DNA from: a bacterium
GTDB lineage: Bacteria; Sysuimicrobiota; Sysuimicrobiia; Sysuimicrobiales; Segetimicrobiaceae
Length of the DNA stretch: 64,000 bases
Assembly: GCA_035945995.1 (NCBI GenBank)
Contig: DASYZR010000112.1
Span: 3,230 to 67,229, forward strand
Direction: 5' to 3'
Shown here: in pieces, positions 8,688 to 17,884 of the stretch
How the letters are laid out: each line of letters opens with the position of its first letter
Position numbering within the stretch: position 1 is the first letter of the stretch
The notes under the pieces: generated by a model
Database searches by the model: none
Told to the model about the DNA's origin: nothing
Seen by the model: the letters and a program-made list of their open reading frames with translations, nothing else
Made by a program: the position numbers and the translations under genes

Positions 8688-9707
8688 TTAGAACGGCCTC
8701 CGCAACTTTTTGAGTCCGTTCGCTACGATCATATGAAGCATTACGAGCACAGCCTGTTGCACCTCCGTCGAGGTGCCGTCCACCCAGGGAATGGGCAATC
8801 CAGCCATCCCGTCTCCGGCGCCGCGCAGGGCACATTGCTCGACCACCCGGCGTTCTTCGTCCGGCCCCGGGAGCAGCGTGGGATCGCCCAGCAGCAGCGC
8901 CAGGCACGCCGCGGTGCCGTACGCCCCCCAATTGCTGGTATTCGAAATCACCAACACATCGGTCTTTACGACCGTGGCCATACCCCCGCCGCAGGGGCAC
9001 TGGCACTTAGCCCCGTATTCGAGGACGCGCCGGACCGTCTCGTAAATGAGGCCGCAGCCAAGTTCGTTTCCCCCGTCGCCGAAGCCCATCGTCGCGATCT
9101 CTCGAGACCGCGCCGCCTGAATGAGATGGTGTGCTTTGCCTGTGTGCGCGGTCCCATCGATGCCGCGAAGACTGTGAATGACGCCCTTCGCGTTCGGTCC
9201 CAGCTTTTCGATGGCGATGACCACCGCAGGTGTGTATTGCGAGAGCACGGCATCCGCCTCGCGCCGTCCCTCTTCGTCCCCCACAGGGTACGGTCGCAGC
9301 ACTACGGCGCCGGGCCGCTGCATCGCCCAGGCGTCGTCCAACACCGGCAGTCCCGCCGCCGCGGCGGCCGCACGGACCCCCGGCATGTACTGCGGCTCGG
9401 TCAGCACCACCGTCCGGGCTCCGAATCCGCGCCCGATCGCGCGGGCCAGCGCCGCGGCACCCGGCGGTCCGTCGGTTTCACCGTACGGGAGATACGGCGG
9501 CGCGCCGGCGCCGGTGATGATCACGACGGCATCCTTTGCCGTCACCCGCTCCTGAAGCAGACGCGCCGCCCGAAGGCTCAGCGGCGCTCCTCCCTGAGCC
9601 TCGCGGGCCGCCCGGTAGAGGGGCTCGATGATGCCCCGATCGATCCCGGGACTTCGCATCTCCACGCACGTCAACCGATCGATACTGTCCGCGATAATCT
9701 CCGGCAC
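8688..9707 (-). CDS. Conserved hypothetical protein (possibly DUF4392-like); function unknown
   Basis: 339-aa ORF at the downstream end of the peptide ABC operon; GDGGNELGCG and CQCPCGGG motifs. Start type not resolved: my hand count and the ORF track disagree by one base around 9657-9663 (see rejected list). Family assignment is from memory and weak. Confidence 0.5.
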   Translation of the reverse strand: MPEIIADSIDRLTCVEMRSPGIDRGIIEPLYRAAREAQGGAPLSLRAARLLQERVTAKDAVVIITGAGAPPYLPYGETDGPPGAAALARAIGRGFGARTVVLTEPQYMPGVRAAAAAAGLPVLDDAWAMQRPGAVVLRPYPVGDEEGRREADAVLSQYTPAVVIAIEKLGPNAKGVIHSLRGIDGTAHTGKAHHLIQAARSREIATMGFGDGGNELGCGLIYETVRRVLEYGAKCQCPCGGGMATVVKTDVLVISNTSNWGAYGTAACLALLLGDPTLLPGPDEERRVVEQCALRGAGDGMAGLPIPWVDGTSTEVQQAVLVMLHMIVANGLKKLRRPF

Positions 9708-9720
9708 GGTTGTCCTCGCT

Positions 9721-10749
9721 TCACACAGGATAGCGTAGTGTGACCGTCCTTCCCGACTGCACCGACTCGATCAGCCCGCTCGTTACCGCCGCGACGCGCG
9801 CACCGTCTTCCCCGCTCGCGCCGACCTCGTCGGCTCCGGCGCCGGCGACGGCGGCACTCACCCCGTCAAGCTCATCGACGAGCACGTCACATCGTTCGTA
9901 TGTGTGGGTCTGCTCCGCCCCCCCTGTCGCCACGAGCAATGTGCCCGCCGGCTCGGCCGCGATGGTGGAGCGGCAGACGATGGTCCCGCGGGTCCCGTAG
10001 ATCTCGAGGTCATTTCCGCCGCCGGGCACGAGCCGCGAACACACGACGTGGGCCAGGCCGCCCGAGGCAAGCCTGCCCATCCCCGCGGTCGTATCATCCG
10101 GCGGTTTCTCCGGCCGAAACCCGTCGCTGCACCCGCTGACCGACACGAACTCCGTCGCACACACGAAACGGACGAGGTCGAGCAGGTGCACACCCCGCGC
10201 CGTCAGGAGCGTGCCGCCCGAGCGGCCGGGCTCGAGACGCCACCCCCGATCGGGCGCCCGCTGACTGACCCATCGGGCGCCGGCCCATACTACGTCGCCG
10301 ATCTCGCCTCCGGCGACGAGCGCCCGGGTGCGTTGGTGCGCCGGATGAAACCGCAGGTGAAACCCGACGTATAACTTCACGTCGGCGCCGGCACACGCCC
10401 GAACCATCGCCGTCGCGTCCTCGACCGACAGCGCCATCGGCTTCTCGACCAGTACGTGCTTCCGGGCGGCGGCGGCGCGGACGGTCTGGTCCCTGTGCAG
10501 GTCGTTCGGTGTCGCCAGATACACGGCCTGAACGTCCGGATCTTCGAGCACGCCGTCGAGGGTAGAGTACCCACGCACTCCGTACGTTCGGGCGACCTCC
10601 CGCGTAACGTCCGGCCGGCGCGAATGCACGCCCACCAGCCGGGCCAGATGCGCCCGCCGGAAGGCCGGCAGCATGCGTTCAACCGCATGAATTCCGAGGC
10701 CTACGACCGCCCACCCGGCGGCACTTTCGCTTCGCTTGGTCACCACCAT
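9721..10749 (-). CDS. Gfo/Idh/MocA-family oxidoreductase
   Basis: Likely start is M27 (MVVTK...), 78 nt inside ORF 9721..10827. Rossmann AVVGLGIHA and EKPMAL motif. Confidence 0.75.
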   Translation of the reverse strand: MVVTKRSESAAGWAVVGLGIHAVERMLPAFRRAHLARLVGVHSRRPDVTREVARTYGVRGYSTLDGVLEDPDVQAVYLATPNDLHRDQTVRAAAARKHVLVEKPMALSVEDATAMVRACAGADVKLYVGFHLRFHPAHQRTRALVAGGEIGDVVWAGARWVSQRAPDRGWRLEPGRSGGTLLTARGVHLLDLVRFVCATEFVSVSGCSDGFRPEKPPDDTTAGMGRLASGGLAHVVCSRLVPGGGNDLEIYGTRGTIVCRSTIAAEPAGTLLVATGGAEQTHTYERCDVLVDELDGVSAAVAGAGADEVGASGEDGARVAAVTSGLIESVQSGRTVTLRYPV

Positions 10750-10774
10750 GTTGATTCGGGTGTCCGTGAGGCCC

Positions 10775-11683
10775 TTATCGCCGCACGGCCTGCGCCAGCA
10801 CGGGATCGAGCAGGTCCCGCAGGGCATCGCCGATCAGATTGAAGCTGAGGACGGCCACCATGATCCCGAGACCGGGGAAGATGCCCATGTAGGGCGCGAG
10901 CAGGATGAACCGCTGCGCCTCGCTTAGCATCAGCCCCCATTCCGGGGTCGGCGGCTGCGCACCGACCCCCAGGAAGCTGAGCGCCGACACCGACAGAATG
11001 CCGTTCCCCACGCCCAACGTCGCCTGCACCAGCGCGGGCGGCAGGACGCCCGGGAGCACATGCCGTACGATGATGCGGCCATCCGAGGCCCCCGCCGCAC
11101 GCGCGGCCTCGACGTACTCCCGGAGCCGGACCGTCTGCGTGACGCTCCACACCAGCCGAGCGTAGTAAGGGATCGTGACCAGCCCGACGGCGACAATCGC
11201 CGTCCCGAGGCGCGGTGACAGGAGCGCGGCGATCACGATCGCGAGCAGCACGCCCGGCAGGGCCAGCATGATATCGACCAAACTCATCACCGCGAGCCCG
11301 AGCGTCCCGCCGCGGTACGCCGCGACCACGCCCATCGTCAGACCGATGCCCAGGCCAACGAACACCACGCCGACCCCCGCACCGAGTGAGATCCGCGCGC
11401 CGTGCACCACGCGGGTGAGGATGTCCCGGCCGAACTCGTCGGTCCCCATCGCGTGCGCGGCCGACGGCGGTAGCAGGCGACTCGGCACGTCCATCTGCAT
11501 CGGGTTTCCGACCAGCAGGGGGCCGATCGCCGCGACGAGCACGAGGAGCATGAGCAAGAGCACGCCGACGGCGCCGCTCACGCCCCAGCGCGCGATCCGG
11601 CGGGACAACCGTCGGGACCGGCCCGTGCCCCGGAGCGCGGCGCCCGGCGCGCTAGTATCGAATCCGCGGGTCGAGGAAAGCAT
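10775..11683 (-). CDS. ABC transporter permease (DppC/OppC-type)
   Basis: Binding-protein-dependent transport signature (EAARAAGASDGRIIVRHVLP) and multiple TM segments. Overlaps the upstream permease. Confidence 0.85.
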   Translation of the reverse strand: MLSSTRGFDTSAPGAALRGTGRSRRLSRRIARWGVSGAVGVLLLMLLVLVAAIGPLLVGNPMQMDVPSRLLPPSAAHAMGTDEFGRDILTRVVHGARISLGAGVGVVFVGLGIGLTMGVVAAYRGGTLGLAVMSLVDIMLALPGVLLAIVIAALLSPRLGTAIVAVGLVTIPYYARLVWSVTQTVRLREYVEAARAAGASDGRIIVRHVLPGVLPPALVQATLGVGNGILSVSALSFLGVGAQPPTPEWGLMLSEAQRFILLAPYMGIFPGLGIMVAVLSFNLIGDALRDLLDPVLAQAVRR

Positions 11684-12653
11684 ACGTCACGTCGGCAAGA
11701 ATGTTGAGCGCGGCGAACACTACCGCGAACAGCAGGACGGTGCCCTGCACGAGCATGTAGTCGCGCGCGGCGAGGGCCTGGATCGTCAAGTTGCCGATGC
11801 CGGGCCAGGCAAATACCGTCTCCGTGATCACGGCGCCCCCGAGCAGATACCCGGTTTCCAGCGCGGCGATCGTCACGACCGGAATGAGCGCGTTCGGAAA
11901 CGCGTGCCGCCATACCAGGCGGAGAAATCGCAGTCCTTTGGCGCGCGCGGTGCGAGTGTAGTCTTGGTGCAGCACCTCGAGCAGACTGCTCCGCATGTGC
12001 CGGGCGAGAATGGCCGTGGGCCAGCCGGCCAGCGTCACGGCGGGCAGGATGAGATGCCGCGCCGCGTCCCAGAGTCCGGGCCATCCTTCTTCGACGAAGC
12101 CGTCGATCAGCGAGAACCCGGTGATCGGGTAGACGCCCATATGGACGTCGACGCTGCCCGCCACGGGCACCAGCCCGAGCCAGACCGCGAAGATCACGAT
12201 GAGCATCACCCCGAGCCAAAACGTCGGGATCGAAATCCCAACGAGGCCGCCCATCATGCTGAGGTTGTCCACGACCGTGTGGGACCGTACCGCCGACACC
12301 GTGCCGATGGCCACGCCGACCGGCACGGCGACGATCATGGATGCGAGCGTGAGCTCGAGGGTGGCCGGGAAGCGGTTCAGCAGCTCGTATGTGACGTTCG
12401 AACCGGTCAGGTACGATCGGCCCAGGTTGCCGCGCACGGCGTCGGCGAGCCAGTGCCCGTACTGCACCGGCCACGGGTCGGCAAGTCCCATCTCGCGCCG
12501 CATGCGCGCCAGCGATTCGGGGGAGGCATGCAAACCCAGTTTGAGCGACGCCGGGTCGCCCCCGGCCGTTCTCACCATGACGAACGTGATGATCGAGACA
12601 AGCAGAAGGCTCGGCACAAAGACCAAGACCCGCCGCGCCAGATAGCGAACCAC
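11652..12653 (-). CDS. ABC transporter permease (DppB/OppB-type)
   Basis: N-terminal MVRYLARRVLVFVPSLLLVSIITFV typical of DppB; EAA-like loop (TARAKGLRFLRLVWRHAFPNA). Confidence 0.85.
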   Translation of the reverse strand: MVRYLARRVLVFVPSLLLVSIITFVMVRTAGGDPASLKLGLHASPESLARMRREMGLADPWPVQYGHWLADAVRGNLGRSYLTGSNVTYELLNRFPATLELTLASMIVAVPVGVAIGTVSAVRSHTVVDNLSMMGGLVGISIPTFWLGVMLIVIFAVWLGLVPVAGSVDVHMGVYPITGFSLIDGFVEEGWPGLWDAARHLILPAVTLAGWPTAILARHMRSSLLEVLHQDYTRTARAKGLRFLRLVWRHAFPNALIPVVTIAALETGYLLGGAVITETVFAWPGIGNLTIQALAARDYMLVQGTVLLFAVVFAALNILADVTYAFLDPRIRY

Positions 12654-12737
12654 CGACGGTCATCCCCTCCCGTCGAGACAGCACCGATCGCACCGGCGGC
12701 TCCCGGGCGACCGGCCCGGGAGCCGCCATATCTCGCG

Positions 12738-14375
12738 TCAGCCGATCTTCACGCCCCGGATGACGACATCGCCGAGCGGCCCGACGAGAAGGCCGGTGAC
12801 GTTGGCCTTGGCGCCCATGGCGCGCTGCGCATAGCCAAGTGTGACGAACGGCCCATCGTCCAAGATCATCCGCTGCGCCCGGAGATACATCTCCCGGCGC
12901 TTGTCGACGTTCCGTTCCACCTGGGCGTCCTTGTTCAGCTTGTCGACCTCCGGGTTCTCATAGCCCATGCGCTGCCGCGCCCGCTTGGTGCTGAAGATGG
13001 ACCACATGATGTCGTCCGGATCGCTCGTGTCCATGACCCAGTCGTTCAACGCGAGCTGATGCTCGCTGGCGTTGATCTTCGAGTAGAAACTCGCTTCCTC
13101 GACTCCTTGCAGGGTCACCTTCAACCCCGCCGCCTGAAGGTCCGCTTGAATCAGCTGCGCCTCTTCCGGCCAGAAGCCTTCGGTCTTGTGCAGCAGCGTA
13201 ATCGCCATGTTGTTTGCCCCCGCCTTCTCCAACAGCGCTTTGGCGCGGGCCGTGTCATGCGGGTAGACCTTCGCGAGGCCGGCGTCGTACGCGAGCAGTC
13301 CGGGGGGCACCGGTCCGGCGCCGACCGTATAGTTGCCGTAGAAGACGACCTTGGCGATGTTGGCTTTGTTGACCGCCAATTGGACCGCCTGCCGCGCTTC
13401 CTTCTTGTCGAACGGCGGCTTGTGCTGGTTCAGGATCAGGTACTGCGTGTCGAGAAAGTTGCCGTTGATGACCTTGAGCCGCTTGTCGCTCCGCAAACTC
13501 GCGACGTCCTTGAAGTCCAGCTCCGTCGAGACGTCGAGCTCGCCCGTGCGGAGCTGCTCCAACCTGACGGTGTTGTCCGCGACCGTCTTCCAAATGACAC
13601 GGTCGATCGAGGGCCGGCCGCCCCAGTAGCGGTCGTAGGCCGTCTGCACGAACTGCACGCCCTTCGTCCACCGCTCGAACTTGTACGGCCCGCTCCCCAT
13701 GGGGTGCATCGCGTAGTCCTTGCCGTACTTCTGCAGGGCCGCCGGGCTAACGATCCCCTCGGCGAAGAGCGCCAAGTCGGAGAGCAGCGTGACCGAGGGA
13801 CGCTTCTGCGTGATCTGCAGTGTGCGGTCGTTGAGCGCCTCGATCTTGCCGACGTCGGTGAAGACGATCTCGGTGTAGGTGATCCCCTGGAAGTGATAGG
13901 GGTTTTTCTCGTCGATCTGGCGATCGTAGTTGAGCTTGACGGCCGCGGCCGTCACCGGTGTGCCGTCATGGAACGTGGCGGGCCGCAGGTGGAACGTGTA
14001 GACGAGGCCATCGGGGGAGATGTCCCACGACGTCGCCAGACAAGGCTCCAGCTGGACCGTCCCGGTCTTGAAGCGGACGATCGGCTCGTTGATGTTGTTG
14101 TTCACGACTTTGATGTCGCCGTATCCGGCGCTGCCGAGGATCACCGGATCGGGGTTCGTGATGTTCTCAGGGATGCCGACGACGAGGGCCCGCTGGCCCG
14201 CGGCCTCGGCGGCGGGCAGCGTCGACGGCTGCCCGAACGTCTCCCCGGCCATCTCGAAGAGGGCCGGGAGGGCCGCGGTTGCGACCCCAAGCCCCAGGAC
14301 CTTTTGTACGAACTGCCGGCGCGTGTAGCGCCCGGCCTTGAACTCGATAACCAGTTGTTGCACCCGTTCGTCCAT
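12738..14375 (-). CDS. ABC transporter substrate-binding protein, family 5 (Tat signal)
   Basis: Start is M57 of ORF 12738..14543 (ATG 14375, GGAGGGGGAG RBS). Twin-arginine motif RRQFVQKVLGLGVATAA. Family-5 SBP motifs. Confidence 0.85.
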   Translation of the reverse strand: MDERVQQLVIEFKAGRYTRRQFVQKVLGLGVATAALPALFEMAGETFGQPSTLPAAEAAGQRALVVGIPENITNPDPVILGSAGYGDIKVVNNNINEPIVRFKTGTVQLEPCLATSWDISPDGLVYTFHLRPATFHDGTPVTAAAVKLNYDRQIDEKNPYHFQGITYTEIVFTDVGKIEALNDRTLQITQKRPSVTLLSDLALFAEGIVSPAALQKYGKDYAMHPMGSGPYKFERWTKGVQFVQTAYDRYWGGRPSIDRVIWKTVADNTVRLEQLRTGELDVSTELDFKDVASLRSDKRLKVINGNFLDTQYLILNQHKPPFDKKEARQAVQLAVNKANIAKVVFYGNYTVGAGPVPPGLLAYDAGLAKVYPHDTARAKALLEKAGANNMAITLLHKTEGFWPEEAQLIQADLQAAGLKVTLQGVEEASFYSKINASEHQLALNDWVMDTSDPDDIMWSIFSTKRARQRMGYENPEVDKLNKDAQVERNVDKRREMYLRAQRMILDDGPFVTLGYAQRAMGAKANVTGLLVGPLGDVVIRGVKIG

Positions 14376-14430
14376 CCGTCTCCCCCTCCCCTTGAGCCGG
14401 CTGACGCGCCGGCCTGCGGTGTGCTCCGTC

Positions 14431-15510
14431 CTAGGTCCGCACCGGCCGCGCCCGGCGCCCGTTGGGCATCCCGAGACGGGAAATGCGCCGCGCGGGAACG
14501 CGTGCGAGATGACGTCCGCCCAGCAACTCACGCTCATACGCAAAGAGGGTCGTCACGCCCCCGGTGTGGAGAAACACCAGCGGTGTCTCGCCTCCGCGGT
14601 CCTTCGCCCACCGGAGCATCTCCGCCATGCCCGTGCCCGTGTACACGGGGTCGAGAAAGACGCCTTCGGCCTGCGCGATCGTCCAGATCGCTTTGACGGA
14701 TGGCGGATATGTATAGCCGTAGACACCCTCTCCCCGACCCAAGAGCGATACGTCGGCGGGACCAACCGGCACCTCGAGGTCCAGGAGCTGCATCGCGGCG
14801 CGCGCGACGCCGAGCACCTTCTCTTCCGCCCCGGCGCCAAGGCCGTGCGGCGGCGCGCCGTGCACCCGAATGCGGCCGCCGTGCGCGCACGCGCCCAGCA
14901 GCAACCCGGCGTACGTCGGACCGCCGGAACCGACAAATACGTCCGCCTCGCGGACGCCGGCCGTCTCGAGTTGCCCGGCAAGCTCGAGGAAGCCTTCCGC
15001 GTAGGCGAGCGCGCTCAGCGCGTGGATCTCCGGGGTCAGCGTCAGCAGATGCGCGCGGCGCCCGCGGCTGTTCAGGCGGGCGACGTGGCGCCGGCAGGCA
15101 TCGCGAACCGCCTCATAACTGCCCTCGCGGACGTAGTGCACCCTGACTCCCATGAGCGTCGCGAGGAGCATGTTGCCTTCCATTTCCCAGCCCTTCGTCG
15201 TGTCGAGGACGAGCTCAGTGGCTATGCCGAGGGCGCATCCGACCGACGCCACCTGCGTCGGATGATTGGACTGCACGTAGCCACCCGCGACAAAGAGGTT
15301 CGCCCCGCGGTTCAGCGCGTCGCCCGCGGTGTGGCGCAAAATGCGAATCTTGCTTCCCCCGATCGCGAGCCCCGCGAGATCCTCGCGCTTAAAATAGACG
15401 GGCCGGCTGAGACGGCCGGAGAGTTGCGCCATGTGCTGCAGCGGCGTCGGGAAGATTCCGACCGGAGCGTGCGGGCGGCGGGCCAGCCCGGCGGCAAGCC
15501 GATCACGCAT
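14431..15510 (-). CDS. PLP-dependent D-cysteine desulfhydrase / ACC deaminase-family enzyme (paralog 1)
   Basis: FKREDL...GGSKIR PALP-fold motifs and a C-terminal glycine-rich loop. Family is assignable; exact substrate is not. Confidence 0.75.
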   Translation of the reverse strand: MRDRLAAGLARRPHAPVGIFPTPLQHMAQLSGRLSRPVYFKREDLAGLAIGGSKIRILRHTAGDALNRGANLFVAGGYVQSNHPTQVASVGCALGIATELVLDTTKGWEMEGNMLLATLMGVRVHYVREGSYEAVRDACRRHVARLNSRGRRAHLLTLTPEIHALSALAYAEGFLELAGQLETAGVREADVFVGSGGPTYAGLLLGACAHGGRIRVHGAPPHGLGAGAEEKVLGVARAAMQLLDLEVPVGPADVSLLGRGEGVYGYTYPPSVKAIWTIAQAEGVFLDPVYTGTGMAEMLRWAKDRGGETPLVFLHTGGVTTLFAYERELLGGRHLARVPARRISRLGMPNGRRARPVRT

Positions 15511-15910
15511 CGGGGCGACTCCTTCCGGCGGCCGTCACCGTGGCGATCGCATCGATTTCGATGCGCCACTCCGGGCGTACGAGCCCCGCGACAATGAGCG
15601 CCGAGCGGGACGGGAATCCGGCCGGGAAGTACTCGTGGTATGCCGCGTCCAACGCGGCATAATCTTCCCGGTGCGTGAAAAACACCGTGGTCCGGACGAC
15701 CTCGCTCATCGACACGCCCGCCGCTTCAAGGATCGTCTTCAGATTCTGCATCACCTGGTGGGTCTGCGTCGTAATGTCGGCGCCGACAGTTTGCCCCTCA
15801 CGGTCGACCGGGGGCATCCCGGAGACGAAGACAAGGCCCTCGTCCACGATCGCCTGGGCCAACGGGGATTTCGACCGGTACGCCTCCGGCGTATTGATCG
15901 TCCGTCTCAT
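15503..15910 (-). CDS. RidA/YjgF-family reactive-intermediate (enamine/imine) deaminase
   Basis: Start at ATG 15910 with GGAGGAGG RBS, 147 nt inside ORF 15503..16057. YjgF/chorismate-mutase-like signature (PARSALIVAGLV..IEIDAIA). Confidence 0.8.
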   Translation of the reverse strand: MRRTINTPEAYRSKSPLAQAIVDEGLVFVSGMPPVDREGQTVGADITTQTHQVMQNLKTILEAAGVSMSEVVRTTVFFTHREDYAALDAAYHEYFPAGFPSRSALIVAGLVRPEWRIEIDAIATVTAAGRSRPDA

Positions 15911-16884
15911 CTCGTTGCCTCCTCCACCAACCGTCCCCCCTCCATGAGCGCGCGGCCGTCGACAAGAATATCCGGGGTCCACATCACCATGTCCAGATGA
16001 AACGGCACGTCGAGGCGTCCGCCGAAGTGGACGTTGCTGCCGAGGGCGATGTGGCATGTGCCGTACGTCCCTTCATCTTCGATGATGCGGCCGACGACGC
16101 GTGCCTGGGGGTTGAGGCCGATGCCCACTTCGCTCAGCATGAACGCGTCCGCGCTGCCGACCCGCTCCACCAAGTCGCGCAGCGCGTGCGCCTGCGAGCG
16201 GCCGTCGAACGCGACGGCGCGCCCGGCGCGGAACGTGATCGTCACCGGCGCCGAGACCAGCCCGAGGATACCGATGCTCGCGTCGATGACCGCCACGCCC
16301 TCGGCGGTGCCCTCAAGCGGCGCGACGTACGCCTCGATCGTCGGCACCCCGGACCGCGCGCCGGGCCGGGTGACGAGTCCGGTGTTGGCGACGGCCGCGC
16401 GGTCGTCGAGCTTCGTCCGCAACCGTGTGCCGGCCGGCGTGCACAGCACCAAGTCCTTGCCCACGAGCCGGCGGGCGAGGCGCTCGGCCACACCGGCCTG
16501 CACCGCGAAGTCGGCCGTGATCCCGCCGCCGGCGAGCGTCTCGGCCCGGCACTCGCTGATCGCCAGCATCCGCGCTCCGGCCGCGCACGCGTTTCGGGCC
16601 GCTTCGGTGTGAAAGATGCTGAGACTCGTCGGCGCCAACACGACGTCGGCGTGCTTCATCGCCTCGGCGACGAGCCGCGGCGGTTCCGCCCCCGGGCGGT
16701 CCGGGCGGGGCATGGTCAGCGTGCTCGGGGTCCCGCCGGCCGCCGCGGCGGCAAACGCCAACGCCTCGGCCACCTCGGGCGGAACCGCGACGTCGGTCAC
16801 GATCAGCACGTCTTCACCGGGCGCGACCGCTGCACACGTCCGGACGATCGTGAGGGCGCCCGCAGCCATGGACGGCAGATTCAT
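15907..16884 (-). CDS. M29 (aminopeptidase T / NicX-like) family protein
   Basis: Start ATG 16884 (MNLPSMAAG). C-terminal GTYGTCHIALGSN block typical of thermophilic-metalloprotease M29-fold proteins. Confidence 0.6.
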   Translation of the reverse strand: MNLPSMAAGALTIVRTCAAVAPGEDVLIVTDVAVPPEVAEALAFAAAAAGGTPSTLTMPRPDRPGAEPPRLVAEAMKHADVVLAPTSLSIFHTEAARNACAAGARMLAISECRAETLAGGGITADFAVQAGVAERLARRLVGKDLVLCTPAGTRLRTKLDDRAAVANTGLVTRPGARSGVPTIEAYVAPLEGTAEGVAVIDASIGILGLVSAPVTITFRAGRAVAFDGRSQAHALRDLVERVGSADAFMLSEVGIGLNPQARVVGRIIEDEGTYGTCHIALGSNVHFGGRLDVPFHLDMVMWTPDILVDGRALMEGGRLVEEATR

Positions 16885-17879
16885 CCGGCGGCCCCCACGA
16901 CATCCGCGAAAGCAAAGAGCGCCGGCTGTCCACCGGTGTGCCAGAATACGATGGTCTGGTCGGCCGTCCACCGGCCGCGCCGGACGAGATCGCTCAAACC
17001 GGCCATCGCTTTTCCGGTATAGACAGGATCGAGAATGAGGCCTTCGGTCCGCGCGGCCAGCCGGATCGCCTCGACGCATGCCGGGGTGGGCACCCCATAC
17101 GTGCCGCCGTATTCCTCAAGCACGACGACGGCGTCCGGCTCGACGGAGACCGCGAACTGGCAGCGCTCCGCCATGCCTGTGATCAACCGCAAGACGACGG
17201 GGAGCAACTCTTGGCGGGTGGCCCCATCCGCGACCCCCACGATGTCGACGCCGCTCTGGAAGAGCCGCGCCCCGCCCAGCAGCCCGGCGTGGGTGCCGCC
17301 GGATCCCGTGCAAAAGACGATCGCGTCCACGGCGACCCCAAGCGCGGTCGTCTGCGTCAGAAGTTCCATGAACGCCTCGGCGTACGCCGCCGCCCCCAGC
17401 GGCGTCGATGCGCCTTTCGGCACGAGGTAGGGACGCCGGCCTTCGCCGCGCAGCGCATCCACCTGCTCGGCGAGCATGCCGTCGACCGCCGCGGCCGTGG
17501 GAGCCCGGGCAATGTGCACTCGGGCCCCGAGCACGCGGTCCAGGAGCAGGTTTCCCTGCACCGCTTCGGATTCACCCGGCCGCAGGACCAAGACGGCGTC
17601 GAGTCCGGCACGGCGGGCGGCCGCGGCCGTAATCCGGCAATGGTTGGACTGGATCGCGCCGGATGTGACGAGCACGTCGCACCCCTGGGCCAGCGCCTCG
17701 CCGAGATGGTACTCGAGCTTACGGACCTTGTTCCCGCCCATGCCGAGGCCGGTGAGGTCATCACGCTTGATGAAGATTCTGGGACAGGCCGTCCCGAGCG
17801 CCCGCCGCAGTCCGGGCGCTTCCTCGAGCGGCGTCGGCAGCGACGCCAGGCGATACCGTGGCAAGCGCGCGAACTGCAT
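16881..17879 (-). CDS. PLP-dependent D-cysteine desulfhydrase / ACC deaminase-family enzyme (paralog 2)
   Basis: IKRDDLTGLGMGGNKVRKLEY and the SNH motif. Paralogous to 14431..15510. Confidence 0.8.
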   Translation of the reverse strand: MQFARLPRYRLASLPTPLEEAPGLRRALGTACPRIFIKRDDLTGLGMGGNKVRKLEYHLGEALAQGCDVLVTSGAIQSNHCRITAAAARRAGLDAVLVLRPGESEAVQGNLLLDRVLGARVHIARAPTAAAVDGMLAEQVDALRGEGRRPYLVPKGASTPLGAAAYAEAFMELLTQTTALGVAVDAIVFCTGSGGTHAGLLGGARLFQSGVDIVGVADGATRQELLPVVLRLITGMAERCQFAVSVEPDAVVVLEEYGGTYGVPTPACVEAIRLAARTEGLILDPVYTGKAMAGLSDLVRRGRWTADQTIVFWHTGGQPALFAFADVVGAAG

Positions 17880-17884
17880 GGCCG

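Noticed and set aside
9650-9670. Apparent one-base frameshift when hand-translating the 8688..9707 gene around 9657-9663
   Set aside because: The ORF track reports one continuous 339-aa ORF whose translation matches on both sides. Most likely my own miscount of a run of c residues, so no pseudogene is called.
11175-14696. Very long antisense ORFs (for example 11175..14696 at 1173 aa, 44822..48640 at 1272 aa, 222..935, 36429..37712)
   Set aside because: They are Arg/Pro/Ala-rich, lack start context, and overlap well-supported genes on the opposite strand or another frame. These are typical stop-codon-poor frames of 70%-GC DNA.
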